DNA of 64,000 bases from Candidatus Doudnabacteria bacterium RIFCSPHIGHO2_12_FULL_48_16 (GTDB taxonomy: Bacteria; Patescibacteriota; Doudnabacteria; UBA920; O2-02-FULL-48-8). The notes under the pieces were generated by a model that saw only the letters and a list, made by a program, of their open reading frames with translations, did not search any database and was not told the origin of the DNA. The position numbers and the translations under genes were made by a program. Where the stretch lies: the NCBI GenBank assembly GCA_001780035.1, contig MFEY01000004.1, forward strand, positions 81,405 through 145,404, written 5' to 3'. The stretch's first letter is position 1. Each line of letters begins with the position of its first letter. Below, piece by piece: positions 1 through 8,828 of this stretch.

Positions 1-2
1 CC

Positions 3-152
3 CGGCTGATCCGCCGCAATATCCAGGAATTGATCGAGGACCCGCTCGCCGAGCAAATAATCACCGGGGAACTGGCGGAGATGAACGAGGTCCGGGTCGG
101 CATTGAGAACGAAAAAATTACGATCCGCCAAATCGAACTGGCCAAAGCCTGA
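3..152 (+). CDS. clpC: ATP-dependent Clp protease ATP-binding subunit, C-terminal fragment (gene starts before the window)
   Basis: Frame 3 reads RLIRRNIQELIEDPLAEQIITGEL...AKA*, matching the ClpB/C D2-small 'R.I...IEDPLAE' motif. Confidence 0.75.
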   Translation, partial: RLIRRNIQELIEDPLAEQIITGELAEMNEVRVGIENEKITIRQIELAKA

Positions 153-172
153 AATAAAATTTATAAATAAAC

Positions 173-883
173 ATGGGGCTGACCAAGAATTTCAAAAAAC
201 TTGGGCAAGACTTGCTTGACCTAATTTTTCCTATTTCCTGCTTAATCTGCGGGGCGGATCAAACTTTTTTGTGCGCCCAGTGCCAAGCCCAACTCCCCCG
301 CCTGGATCAGCAGCAATGTATCGGCTGCCAAAAGCCTTCCCCGTTTGGCAAAACTCATCCGGATTGCATTTCAAAAAATACCGCTGACGGAGCTTTGGCC
401 GCCGCTCCTTACCGTGATCCCAATGTTGCTAAAATCATTGAAACCTTCAAATATAATTTTGTCTTCGAATTAGCCCGACCTTTGGCTGACCTGATAGTCG
501 AAACGGTTAATCGGCAGGGGCTGGACGAGTATTTCGGAGAGTTTACAATCATCCCGGTCCCCCTGCATCCGAGGCGCTACAACTGGCGGGGATTCAACCA
601 GGCCGAATTGTTGATCGCTGCATTGGCGGAAAAGCTGCAAATCCCGTGCGACCTTAAGCTGGTGGTCCGCGGCAAATTCACCAAGCCGCAAATCAAACTG
701 TCCGCCGAGGAACGGAAAAAAAACCTGGATAACGCATTTTCAATCATCGGTGATCCGATTAATAAAAAAATCCTGATCGTAGACGACGTTGTCACATCAG
801 GATCGACCGTCAATGAGCTGGCAAAAATCCTCAAACGCGCCGGCGCCAGCGAAGTCTGGGCCCTTTCCGCTGCGCATGGCTAA
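173..883 (+). CDS. comF: ComF family competence protein (double zinc ribbon plus PRTase)
   Basis: CxxC pairs, PVPLH..R...RGFNQ and ILIVDDVVTSGST PRTase motif. Confidence 0.92.
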   Translation: MGLTKNFKKLGQDLLDLIFPISCLICGADQTFLCAQCQAQLPRLDQQQCIGCQKPSPFGKTHPDCISKNTADGALAAAPYRDPNVAKIIETFKYNFVFELARPLADLIVETVNRQGLDEYFGEFTIIPVPLHPRRYNWRGFNQAELLIAALAEKLQIPCDLKLVVRGKFTKPQIKLSAEERKKNLDNAFSIIGDPINKKILIVDDVVTSGSTVNELAKILKRAGASEVWALSAAHG

Positions 884-896
884 CCAATAAGTATAT

Positions 897-1410
897 TTAC
901 TTGATCTTATCTTTAGAAAACGTGGTGACCTGCTCTCCATTCCAAAAATCATCAAGAGCCAGCCATCTATACTGCAGACCAATATCACCTGCCATAATTG
1001 GCTCAACTAGGCAAGGGATGAAGCCTGCGTCAGTATCATCATCTTCTATAGTTATTGACTTTAAAAAAAATTGCTTTTCCCTGAAAATCTTTATTTAAAG
1101 AACGAACTGACTGTGGCAAAAGAGCTTTGAGATCTCGCATATCTCCACAATCAGCCAGACGGCCTTGGTCTTTAAAGTAGTTGTAAATATCTCTTATCTT
1201 GGCTCTAGGTCTAGTGCGATCATCTGTATAGGACCAAAACTGTAATGATTTACTATCATACTCGGATGGACCAGTGTTAGCTAACTCCGGATGTCGCGGC
1301 CTGCCGACGGGTTCTCCAGCCATAAGCGGCATATTACGGTCGACATGTATAATAACCGACGCGTCTTCTTGTTCAGGGTTGTGATTGCCAGAATCTTTAA
1401 GTTCTCCCAT
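897..1410 (-). pseudogene. Hypothetical CPR-type protein, frameshifted at a T8 tract
   Basis: ORF 1410-1039 ends just after GKAIFF. The +1 frame continues KSITIEDDDTDAGFIPCLVEP...YRWLALDDFWNGEQVTTFSKDKIK* to TAA at 899-897. Confidence 0.6.
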
Positions 1411-1458
1411 ATTTAATAAAATTTAATAATATTTATTATGATCTTAGCTTTTTCTAAC

Positions 1459-1554
1459 TGGCGGTGTACCTGAGTCTGGTGCCGCCTCTATTCAGAGGTA
1501 TCATAAAGGATTTTAAAAATTCGAATAAAGGACAATTTAGGGCACGTGGGTCGG
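1459..1554 (-). repeat. ~95-bp imperfect repeat, copy 1 (-10 box plus hairpin, upstream of the gene starting at 1410)
   Basis: Aligns with 2036-2130 (TGGCGGTGTAC...TTCAGAGGTA..ATAA...GTGGGTCGG). Confidence 0.8.
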
Positions 1555-1555
1555 A

Positions 1556-1972
1556 TTATTTCGTTGGCTTTTGAAAAAAACGCAGTTCTTCTTCGTCAAG
1601 GGATTTTGACTCTAGACCAAATTCATTTCGGATAGCCTTAATCAGCGGCTTCACATCTTCAGCCGTAAGTTGGATGATTTTACCCTGTCGTCCCTCAGAA
1701 AATTGTTTTTCTCGTTGATTATATAATTTATTAAACTTCAAGACTTCTCGAACAACATTATCAGAAGAAAAAAAGAATGTGTCATTAAGTACTATCAACG
1801 TATGCTCTTCAGGATTATTACTTAGAAATGCAGATAAGGGCTCGATTAATTTACTATATCTTTCGGCCTTAAACCTTAATTCAGCCTCGGTGCGTAATTT
1901 ACGAATCCCAAAAAAATAAGTCAAACCCGAACTTAAAAGTGCAGCTAAAACTATTTGAATAAAATCTTTCAT
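1556..1972 (-). CDS. Hypothetical protein with N-terminal transmembrane anchor
   Basis: 138-aa AT-rich ORF with hydrophobic N-terminus. Confidence 0.7.
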   Translation of the reverse strand: MKDFIQIVLAALLSSGLTYFFGIRKLRTEAELRFKAERYSKLIEPLSAFLSNNPEEHTLIVLNDTFFFSSDNVVREVLKFNKLYNQREKQFSEGRQGKIIQLTAEDVKPLIKAIRNEFGLESKSLDEEELRFFQKPTK

Positions 1973-2035
1973 GAATAATGTATCTAACTCAGTTTATAAA
2001 AACTACCGTGTTGATCGCTCGATAACTAATTTTCT

Positions 2036-2130
2036 TGGCGGTGTACTCAGGTCTAGTACCACCTGTTCAGAGGTATTATAAGGGATATTTGAGCGTTCTG
2101 GTAGAGGGCGATTTTAGGCATGTGGGTCGG
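2036..2130 (-). repeat. ~95-bp imperfect repeat, copy 2 (upstream of the gene starting at 1972)
   Basis: Aligns with 1459-1554 and has TATAAT on the minus strand. Confidence 0.8.
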
Positions 2131-2241
2131 GGTCTATGACAAAGAATGAGACAGTCCTTAAGCCCTGTGTTTTGTGTCTTTATTATACCTAGAATTTTGA
2201 GGCTCTAGTAAGATAGGGTTATTAAACAAGGCAACAGGAAA

Positions 2242-2700
2242 TTAATTTGCTTGTCCCGTTGCTGCTACGCTTGGTCGTATCTGGACGGTTTGCGCGGTAA
2301 CGCTGCCATCGCTGTTAGCGGTTCCATTAACGGTAACCTGCTTCCCAACAACTAGATCATCTTTGGTCCCGTCTGTCATTTTTGAGACGGTTGTATTCTC
2401 AGATAGAAAAATTATTTTTGATCCGCCATCTGCAAGCTTAACCGTAATACTCTTGTCGTCCATGCTGATAATTTCCCCTCCAGCAAAACCGCCCGCGGCG
2501 TTAGCGCCACGCATACTACCTCCGCCAAAACCACCACCGTTTTGCATAAATTGCTGGCGTTGCTCGGCTGTTAAATTTTGACCGGCTGGAAAATTCCCAG
2601 CCGGAGTTTTTCCTTTGACATAAGTCATGCCGCCATAAAACGCACCACCCGCGACCGCAATTGCTACTACAGCAATTATCACAATATTTTTCTTATTCAT
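2242..2700 (-). CDS. Membrane-anchored Gly-rich protein with DUF5666-like OB domain
   Basis: N-terminal TM helix, GEII..D..SITVKL.DG.SKI and L.VG..V.V.G....DGSVTA..VQI patterns. Confidence 0.75.
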   Translation of the reverse strand: MNKKNIVIIAVVAIAVAGGAFYGGMTYVKGKTPAGNFPAGQNLTAEQRQQFMQNGGGFGGGSMRGANAAGGFAGGEIISMDDKSITVKLADGGSKIIFLSENTTVSKMTDGTKDDLVVGKQVTVNGTANSDGSVTAQTVQIRPSVAATGQAN

Positions 2701-2731
2701 ATTTTTTCCTTTCCATTAATAACTTAATTAA

Positions 2732-3967
2732 TTATTCGTATCTCAAAGCTTCGATGGGATTAAGCCTGGACGCGCGCCTTGCCGGATAATAACCAAAAAT
2801 GACACCTATCCCCGCTGATACCCCAAAAGCTAGTAGCACTGAAGTATAATCGATCTGACTGGTTATCCCAAAATTCGATGCTATGAGAGAAACCGCCCAC
2901 CCAAAAATAACGCCAATCCCTCCTCCCACGAATGTCAAAATAATTGCTTCGGTTAAAAATTGGAAATTAATGTCCGAACGGGTTGCTCCAATTGCTTTTC
3001 TAAGGCCTATTTCTCGTGTCCGTTCTGTAACGGTAGTAAGCATCATATTCATAATTCCGATTCCGCCGACTAATAAAGAAATGCCGGCTATTGAAGCCAA
3101 TAGAATGGTCAAGGTTTCCGTGACGCTCGAGGCCGCTGAAACTAAATCAGATTGATTTTGAACGGTGAAATCGGCTGTGGCAATATCGCTCATGTTATGC
3201 CTTTGTAGCATTATTTGTGTGACCTGATTCTGGACCTCAGTCATCACCTCGGGATTTTCAGCCGAAACAGCGATCGAGCTGACATAGGCTTTGCCCGAAG
3301 CGCTTAGGCCAACCAAGTAACGCTGAGAAGCCGAGATAGGAACGAAAATCATATCATCTTGGTTAGTAAAGCCACTGCCTCCCTTGGCTTGGGTAACGCC
3401 GATCACCTTGAACTGAGTGCCGTTGATTCTGATAGTCTGGCCTATGGGATCAGTGCCCTCACCAAACAAAGTGTCTCGGGTGGTTGGCCCCAACACTGCA
3501 ACTTTGGAGGCATTTTTTACCTGCTCATCGTTTAAAAAAGAACCACTATCAATATTAAGGTTTCTCACTGTGGGGTAACCCGTTTCTGCCCCAATAACTT
3601 GAGTATTAGTGTTTGTGCCTTTAGCTGTAACCTGATAACGTCGGGACAATTCGGGACTGACGGCTTTAATATTAGTCAACTCTTCCTTAAGAGCATCCGC
3701 ATCTTCCTGGGTTAAAGTCTGAGCGCTCCCTAAGCCACCACTTACAGCAGCCCCCGTTGTTCGCTGAACCCCAGAAGAGACGGTAATTAAGTTAGAGCCG
3801 ATAGATTGAATGTTGGCTTCAATTGATCCTTGCGCACCTTGGCCAATTCCGACCATGGCGATAACCGAACCAATTCCGATAACTATACCCAGCATTGTCA
3901 GCGCGGTACGGACCTTATTTGCCGCTAGGGCGGTATAACTTTCTTGAAATATGTCCCTAGTTTTCAT
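2732..3967 (-). CDS. MacB-like ABC transporter permease (FtsX family)
   Basis: RTALTMLGIVIGIGSVI, GGIGIMNMML..VTERTREIGLRKAIGA and PIEALRYE motifs. Start at MKTRD overlaps the ATPase stop. Confidence 0.93.
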   Translation of the reverse strand: MKTRDIFQESYTALAANKVRTALTMLGIVIGIGSVIAMVGIGQGAQGSIEANIQSIGSNLITVSSGVQRTTGAAVSGGLGSAQTLTQEDADALKEELTNIKAVSPELSRRYQVTAKGTNTNTQVIGAETGYPTVRNLNIDSGSFLNDEQVKNASKVAVLGPTTRDTLFGEGTDPIGQTIRINGTQFKVIGVTQAKGGSGFTNQDDMIFVPISASQRYLVGLSASGKAYVSSIAVSAENPEVMTEVQNQVTQIMLQRHNMSDIATADFTVQNQSDLVSAASSVTETLTILLASIAGISLLVGGIGIMNMMLTTVTERTREIGLRKAIGATRSDINFQFLTEAIILTFVGGGIGVIFGWAVSLIASNFGITSQIDYTSVLLAFGVSAGIGVIFGYYPARRASRLNPIEALRYE

Positions 3968-4673
3968 CTGAATCGGAATTAAATATTTTTTTATCTTTAT
4001 TCTCTTCGTCACTTAAAATCTGTCCGTCTCGGATTTGAATTATGCGGTCAGCGTGCCGGGCAACGTAAGGTTCGTGGGTGATAAGAATGATGGTATGGCC
4101 TTGGTCATTGAGGCGCTGGAATGTGCCTAAAACTATGTCTCCGGTCTTGGTGTCCAAATTACCAGTCGGCTCATCCGCCAAAAGCAATGTCGGATTATTT
4201 ACTAAGGCTCGGGCAATCGCGACTCTTTGCATCTGTCCTCCCGAAAGCTGGTTTGATAAATGATAGAACCTTGATTCATCCAAACCTGCCTGAAGCGAGG
4301 CTTTCTTTGCGAGCTCTTCTCGTTCCATGTTATCTATCCCTGCGTAAACTAACGGTAATGCGACATTCCTGAGTACTGTTGCTCTGGGGAGAAGATTAAA
4401 AGATTGGAAAACAAAACCAATTTTTTGGCGACGGATAACTGCTAGTTCATCATCAGTCAAAGTCGAAACATCCTGGCCATCCAAAATATACTTCCCCTTA
4501 GAAGGCGTGTCCAAGGCCCCCAAAATATGCATCATCGTTGATTTACCACTTCCTGAAGGTCCCATAATGGCGACAAATTCTCCATCTTTGATTGTAAAAG
4601 AAACATCTTTCAAAACTTTAGTTTCTACATCACCGTTAACGTAAGTCTTATAAATATTCTGACATTCAATCAT
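3957..4673 (-). CDS. MacB/LolD-like ABC transporter ATP-binding protein
   Basis: Walker A GPSGSGKST, LSGGQ, ADEPTGNLD and H-loop. Confidence 0.96.
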   Translation of the reverse strand: MIECQNIYKTYVNGDVETKVLKDVSFTIKDGEFVAIMGPSGSGKSTMMHILGALDTPSKGKYILDGQDVSTLTDDELAVIRRQKIGFVFQSFNLLPRATVLRNVALPLVYAGIDNMEREELAKKASLQAGLDESRFYHLSNQLSGGQMQRVAIARALVNNPTLLLADEPTGNLDTKTGDIVLGTFQRLNDQGHTIILITHEPYVARHADRIIQIRDGQILSDEENKDKKIFNSDSDEN

Positions 4674-4682
4674 GCAATTAAA

Positions 4683-6398
4683 TTAACGAGCTTGAAAAAA
4701 CTGTCCGCCACCACCGGTTTGTCCGCGACCAGTGCCTCCACCTAAGCCCGGAATTTGGGTCGAGCCAGAACTTGCGGCGCCAGTGGAATTAGGATTAATA
4801 GTTTGGGTTACTATCTGGTCTCCCGCTACAATGCCCGATACTATTTCTGTCATAGTATCATTAGAGATTCCCACTTCAACCGGCAGATTTTGAGGTTGGC
4901 GGTTTGAGTCAAGTGTTTGAACATACTTCATATTTCCACTGGTTTTCACGGCAGAGCTGGGTACAGCCAAAACATCAGTTTTAACATCTATAATTATGTC
5001 TGCAGATATGCTCATTGAGGGCTTAACACTTTCATCCTGAGTGTCAAAGCCGATCTTCACAGTATAACTTACAACTCCTTGGCTTGTAGTACCTAAAGCA
5101 CCTACTTCTACAACCTGTCCCGTGAGACTTAAGTCCTCAATGGCATCAAATGTCAGGGTTGCTTTCTGTCCAATTTTGATTTTTGCAGCGTCAACTTCAT
5201 TTACCGAGACGGTGGCCAACTGTTGTTTAGTGATAATTGTGGCAACGACTGTAGCCGCTGTAACCTGATCTCCCTTTTTATTGTTAAGGACAGCTACAAT
5301 CCCGTCGAAAGCGGCTTTTAAATTGTTATTATTATAATTATTCGAGGCTGATTGGAGGGAGGCTTGGGCCGAAAGCAGAGATGCTTTGGCAGAAGTTACG
5401 TCCGCGTTATCAGCTGGGGCTAATTTTTCTTCAAAAACAAGCTTAGCATCCGCCAGATTTTCTTCTGCATCCACCACAGCATCCTCTGCTGAATCAATAG
5501 CGTCTTGGTCTGTTTGGATAGCTTTTGTTTGATTTGACAGAGAACTATTATACGCACTGAGATTAGTGTAATATGCGCTGGAAGTTTTATTTGGCACATC
5601 AATGGTTAAGGTTGTGAATGAATAAAGGGTACCACTTGTTCCAAATGTAATGTAAAGTCCGTTGCCCAGAGGTCGAGCAAATCCTCGGTTCACAGAGTCG
5701 GATTGACTACCTAAACCAGAGACACTGTAATATATACCGGCACCTGTTGTATCGTAGAGGCTTATCGCGTATTGACCTTCCGTAGTGCCCGTATAACTTC
5801 CGCTCAAAGTCATAGTGGCTGTAGATAATAAATTATTAGACACTACCGTTAAACCTGAATTTAATAAAGTATTGTAAGCTTTGTCCACAGCCTGTTGCTG
5901 TTCTGTTACGGTAGTGTTGTAATCACGTTTTGCTTTCTCAACATTTTCTTTGGCATTATCGATAGCTTTTTGCGCATCCGTCACAGTTTTTTGGGCTGCC
6001 GTCAAATCACTGCCCGTGAGTCCGGCAATGAGCTTATCGTAATTAGCCTGGGCCTGGAGAACAGAAGCGCGAGCCTGTGCTAACAATACGTTGTTGTTGC
6101 TTTGATCCACCACAGCTATAACTTGGCCAGCTTTAACTTGATCGCCAGCTTTAACATTGACTGAGGTTAAAGCTCCTGTCCCACCAGGTTTCAGGTCAAT
6201 CTGATTTTCCGCCGATACTTGGCCGGAAGTTGAGACGGATACTGCGATTGTCGTTTTTTCTGCGACCCCCGTTACATACTGAGCTTGGGCAGTAGTGGAG
6301 TGGGTTTTTTGGTACCAAAAATAGCCGCCTATAATGGCGACAATGAGTAACCCCCCGATAATCTTATGTTTTTTAACAAAAATAAGTATTCTTTGCAT
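4683..6398 (-). CDS. MacA/HlyD-like membrane fusion protein (efflux adaptor)
   Basis: N-terminal TM, lipoyl-like VNVKAGDQVKAGQ, long coiled coil, A.FDGIV and VEVGISND. Confidence 0.9.
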   Translation of the reverse strand: MQRILIFVKKHKIIGGLLIVAIIGGYFWYQKTHSTTAQAQYVTGVAEKTTIAVSVSTSGQVSAENQIDLKPGGTGALTSVNVKAGDQVKAGQVIAVVDQSNNNVLLAQARASVLQAQANYDKLIAGLTGSDLTAAQKTVTDAQKAIDNAKENVEKAKRDYNTTVTEQQQAVDKAYNTLLNSGLTVVSNNLLSTATMTLSGSYTGTTEGQYAISLYDTTGAGIYYSVSGLGSQSDSVNRGFARPLGNGLYITFGTSGTLYSFTTLTIDVPNKTSSAYYTNLSAYNSSLSNQTKAIQTDQDAIDSAEDAVVDAEENLADAKLVFEEKLAPADNADVTSAKASLLSAQASLQSASNNYNNNNLKAAFDGIVAVLNNKKGDQVTAATVVATIITKQQLATVSVNEVDAAKIKIGQKATLTFDAIEDLSLTGQVVEVGALGTTSQGVVSYTVKIGFDTQDESVKPSMSISADIIIDVKTDVLAVPSSAVKTSGNMKYVQTLDSNRQPQNLPVEVGISNDTMTEIVSGIVAGDQIVTQTINPNSTGAASSGSTQIPGLGGGTGRGQTGGGGQFFQAR

Positions 6399-6413
6399 AT
6401 GTATATAAATTAT

Positions 6414-6439
6414 TACAAAAATCCAAGCATATTATTTCA
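6414..6439 (-). promoter_or_regulatory. Putative ECF sigma promoter TGAAAT-N17-GTA
   Basis: Same motif and spacing at 7073-7098 and 8439-8464. Confidence 0.7.
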
Positions 6440-6512
6440 TTGATAAACCCCCGCTCATAACGGGGGTTAGCGTTCCAAATTATTGTTTTTTACTTTCCTT
6501 TTTTAGCTTCTG

Positions 6513-6953
6513 CTAGAACCACCCTCCACGGAACCCTCTTCCATGACCCTTGCCAGTCCTATTATCTATTCGTTCCTGGTCGACTTTCAATCTTTGATCA
6601 GCTTGAGCTTGAGTGATCACCCCTTTATCCACTAAAGATTTGAGCTGATTGGCCAATTTTTGCTTAGCGGCTGACTTCATTTTCTCTTGAAGATCGGTTT
6701 CGCTTATACCGTTGGCTGTGGCTATTTCAGATAAGGTTTTCCCTTCAGCCCACCCTTGTTTTACGGCATCAACACTAATCCCCAAAAGACTGGCTTGTTG
6801 GGTAAACATGTCGGTTTGACGTTGAGCTACTTCTTCTGGAGTCGCGTTGTTCATTGGACCGAACCATCCGTGTGCCGAGGCTTGGCTGACCCCAAAGACT
6901 GCAAACGCCATGACAGGCAAGATTGTGTAAGCTAGGAGTTTTTTCATCTTCAT
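6513..6953 (-). CDS. Secreted hypothetical protein
   Basis: Signal peptide ending ASA, GKTLSEIA...GIS and LVDKGVITQAQAD motifs. Confidence 0.8.
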   Translation of the reverse strand: MKMKKLLAYTILPVMAFAVFGVSQASAHGWFGPMNNATPEEVAQRQTDMFTQQASLLGISVDAVKQGWAEGKTLSEIATANGISETDLQEKMKSAAKQKLANQLKSLVDKGVITQAQADQRLKVDQERIDNRTGKGHGRGFRGGWF

Positions 6954-7072
6954 AAGTTTTCCCTTTGTGTTAAATTATTGCTCTCGACCTTTTCCCAGAG
7001 AGGAATGGGGGTGAAAAGGGCTGTAAAAACGAATCCTCTCGATCGGATTTTACAGCCCTTGTCATATATTAC

Positions 7073-7098
7073 TACACTCATGAAATCGAATTATTTCA
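7073..7098 (-). promoter_or_regulatory. Putative ECF sigma promoter TGAAAT-N17-GTA
   Basis: Motif repeated three times in this block. Confidence 0.7.
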
Positions 7099-7116
7099 AA
7101 AAATAAAAACCGCCTA

Positions 7117-7863
7117 TTATCTAGGCGGCGGCCTTCTTCCTCTAAAGCCCGGAGGTGCAGGAAAATCGTTCTCTTCTACTTTTCTAATAGAATCTGCTGT
7201 GACTGTGGAATCTTGACGTTGGCCTAAAACTACGATGTGATTATCTACAGCAATATCTTTTCCCGTAGGAAACTCTGTCTTATCATCTATTATAATATCG
7301 ATAATATCTCCCCGTGGATCGCTAATCTTAAAGCCTTTATCTATTATTTCAGTTACAGTACCCACAGCCACGTTTCCTGGTGGTCTTTGCATGCCAAATT
7401 GTCGATAAAATCCGCCGCCGATGGGCAAACGATGATCACGGGCTCGATCAAATAACCCTCTATGGAGAGGGGTTTGTGCTATCACAAATCCTCCCGTCAA
7501 AACAACCAAAATAACTCCGATTGTGCTGTAAAGCAATGGTTTTCTATATCCAAAAGAATACTTTTTTACCAAAAATTCCAGGAGTATAATAAATATAATT
7601 GCAATCAAAACTAAAATCCAAGGCAAGGAAGTAAATAATAATCTTGGACCCCCAAATCCTGGTATGAACCAAACACCCGTTTGGTGCAGAATAAAAATAA
7701 TAAAGCTAACCAGGTATATCCCAGTAAGAATCGAGAGAACTGTGCCCACAACCAGCAAGGTTGCCTGCAATAGAAAATGCCACTTCGGTCGCATGATTAC
7801 CTTTCCTGTTTCGATCGCCCCAAGCACATTATCTTTTATTGATTTGTGGTCGTTATTGTTCAT
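7117..7863 (-). CDS. Membrane protein, candidate anti-sigma factor (3 TM plus C-terminal OB-like domain)
   Basis: Overlaps the 3' end of the ECF sigma gene and has three hydrophobic segments. Confidence 0.7.
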   Translation of the reverse strand: MNNNDHKSIKDNVLGAIETGKVIMRPKWHFLLQATLLVVGTVLSILTGIYLVSFIIFILHQTGVWFIPGFGGPRLLFTSLPWILVLIAIIFIILLEFLVKKYSFGYRKPLLYSTIGVILVVLTGGFVIAQTPLHRGLFDRARDHRLPIGGGFYRQFGMQRPPGNVAVGTVTEIIDKGFKISDPRGDIIDIIIDDKTEFPTGKDIAVDNHIVVLGQRQDSTVTADSIRKVEENDFPAPPGFRGRRPPPR

Positions 7864-8434
7864 AATTTATGAATTTGTTATATACTTTCTTAAGTATAGT
7901 TTTTGCCCTTGTTAATCTTACCCCGACCGTAGAAACAGGAATATGAATAATTTCAGAAATACTTTGATAATCCAGGTCTTCAAAATAATATAGCACTAGC
8001 GGTTCGCGATATTTGGGATCTAACTTATCCAAACATTTATTTAAAATTTCTTGAATTTGTTTTAAATCAATATCTTTTTCGACATTTTCTTTCGCCACCG
8101 GATGCGGAAACAAAGTATCCGAATCAAAAAAAGTCAAAGGTTCGTGTCCCTTTTTTTTGATTTTGTTTATAAACTCGTTGTGTGCAATTCGATAAAGCCA
8201 GGAAGAAAATTTCCGGCTAATATCAAATCCCTGGATATTCGAATACGCTTTTAAAAACACATCTTGAACCGCATCTTCGCCATCATGGTAGCCAAAAAGG
8301 AATTTCTTCGAGTATCGCATCATTTTTGCTTCATAACGCTCAACTAGTATCCCGAATTGTTGAGTATCCCCGTGTTTTACCTGATTTGCGATTTCTTCAT
8401 CTGTCAAACTCGAATGAGAGAGGTTCATTAACAT
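7853..8434 (-). CDS. ECF RNA polymerase sigma factor (SigW-like)
   Basis: EDAVQDVFLKAY, FSSWLYRIAHN and region 4 PVSTVGVRLTRAK. Start at 8434 or 8428. Confidence 0.92.
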   Translation of the reverse strand: MLMNLSHSSLTDEEIANQVKHGDTQQFGILVERYEAKMMRYSKKFLFGYHDGEDAVQDVFLKAYSNIQGFDISRKFSSWLYRIAHNEFINKIKKKGHEPLTFFDSDTLFPHPVAKENVEKDIDLKQIQEILNKCLDKLDPKYREPLVLYYFEDLDYQSISEIIHIPVSTVGVRLTRAKTILKKVYNKFINYEQ

Positions 8435-8438
8435 ATTA

Positions 8439-8464
8439 TACAACGAAACCCATATTTTATTTCA
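8439..8464 (-). promoter_or_regulatory. Putative autoregulatory ECF promoter TGAAAT-N17-GTA, probably giving a leaderless transcript
   Basis: Ends 4 nt before the ATG at 8434. Confidence 0.7.
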
Positions 8465-8497
8465 AAAAACCAGCAGTTGATTAACTGCTGTTTTTTT
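8464..8497. terminator. Intrinsic terminator-like hairpin downstream of tRNA-Ser
   Basis: AAAAAAC-CAGCAGTT GATT AACTGCTG-TTTTTTT. Confidence 0.65.
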
Positions 8498-8537
8498 GAT
8501 TTTCCAAGAAAATCTACTATCGAGCGTTTCAGGGACT

Positions 8538-8567
8538 CCCGCCTTCGCCAAGGCTACGGCGGGCAGG
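8538..8567. repeat. REP-like palindrome CCCGCCTTCGCCAAGGCTACGGCGGGCAGG
   Basis: GC-rich imperfect hairpin with relatives at about 12339, 59107, 59812 and 59926. Confidence 0.6.
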
Positions 8568-8594
8568 CGGGTCTTGTTCGATAACAGGTTCTTT

Positions 8595-8685
8595 TGGCGG
8601 AGAGAGTGGGATTCGAACCCACGAGACGGGTATTAGCCGTCACAGGTTAGCAACCTGTTGCCTTAAGCCACTCGGCCATCTCTCC
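8595..8685 (-). tRNA. tRNA-Ser(GCT)
   Basis: GGAGAGA/TCTCTCC acceptor stem, ACAGG-TTGCTAA-CCTGT anticodon arm, long variable arm, GTTCGAATC, encoded CCA. Confidence 0.97.
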
Positions 8686-8786
8686 CTCTTAATCTGATAT
8701 ATTTTAACCCAAAAGCTTCCAAATAGCAATATAATCATACAATTTACTAAGTAAACCTTCGTTTTACAAATGCTTCGTCATTCGCT

Positions 8787-8812
8787 ATAATATTATCGAT
8801 CGATAATATTAT
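8787..8812. promoter_or_regulatory. Perfect 26-bp palindrome overlapping a TATAAT box, candidate operator
   Basis: ATAATATTATCGATCGATAATATTAT, 16 bp upstream of the PaaX-like gene. Confidence 0.6.
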
Positions 8813-8828
8813 TACCGGGGTCAAACAA

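Noticed and set aside
1459-2130. Integron attC sites
   Set aside because: No RYYYAAC/GTTRRRY ends, no full-length palindrome and no integron integrase. Kept only as an unexplained repeat.
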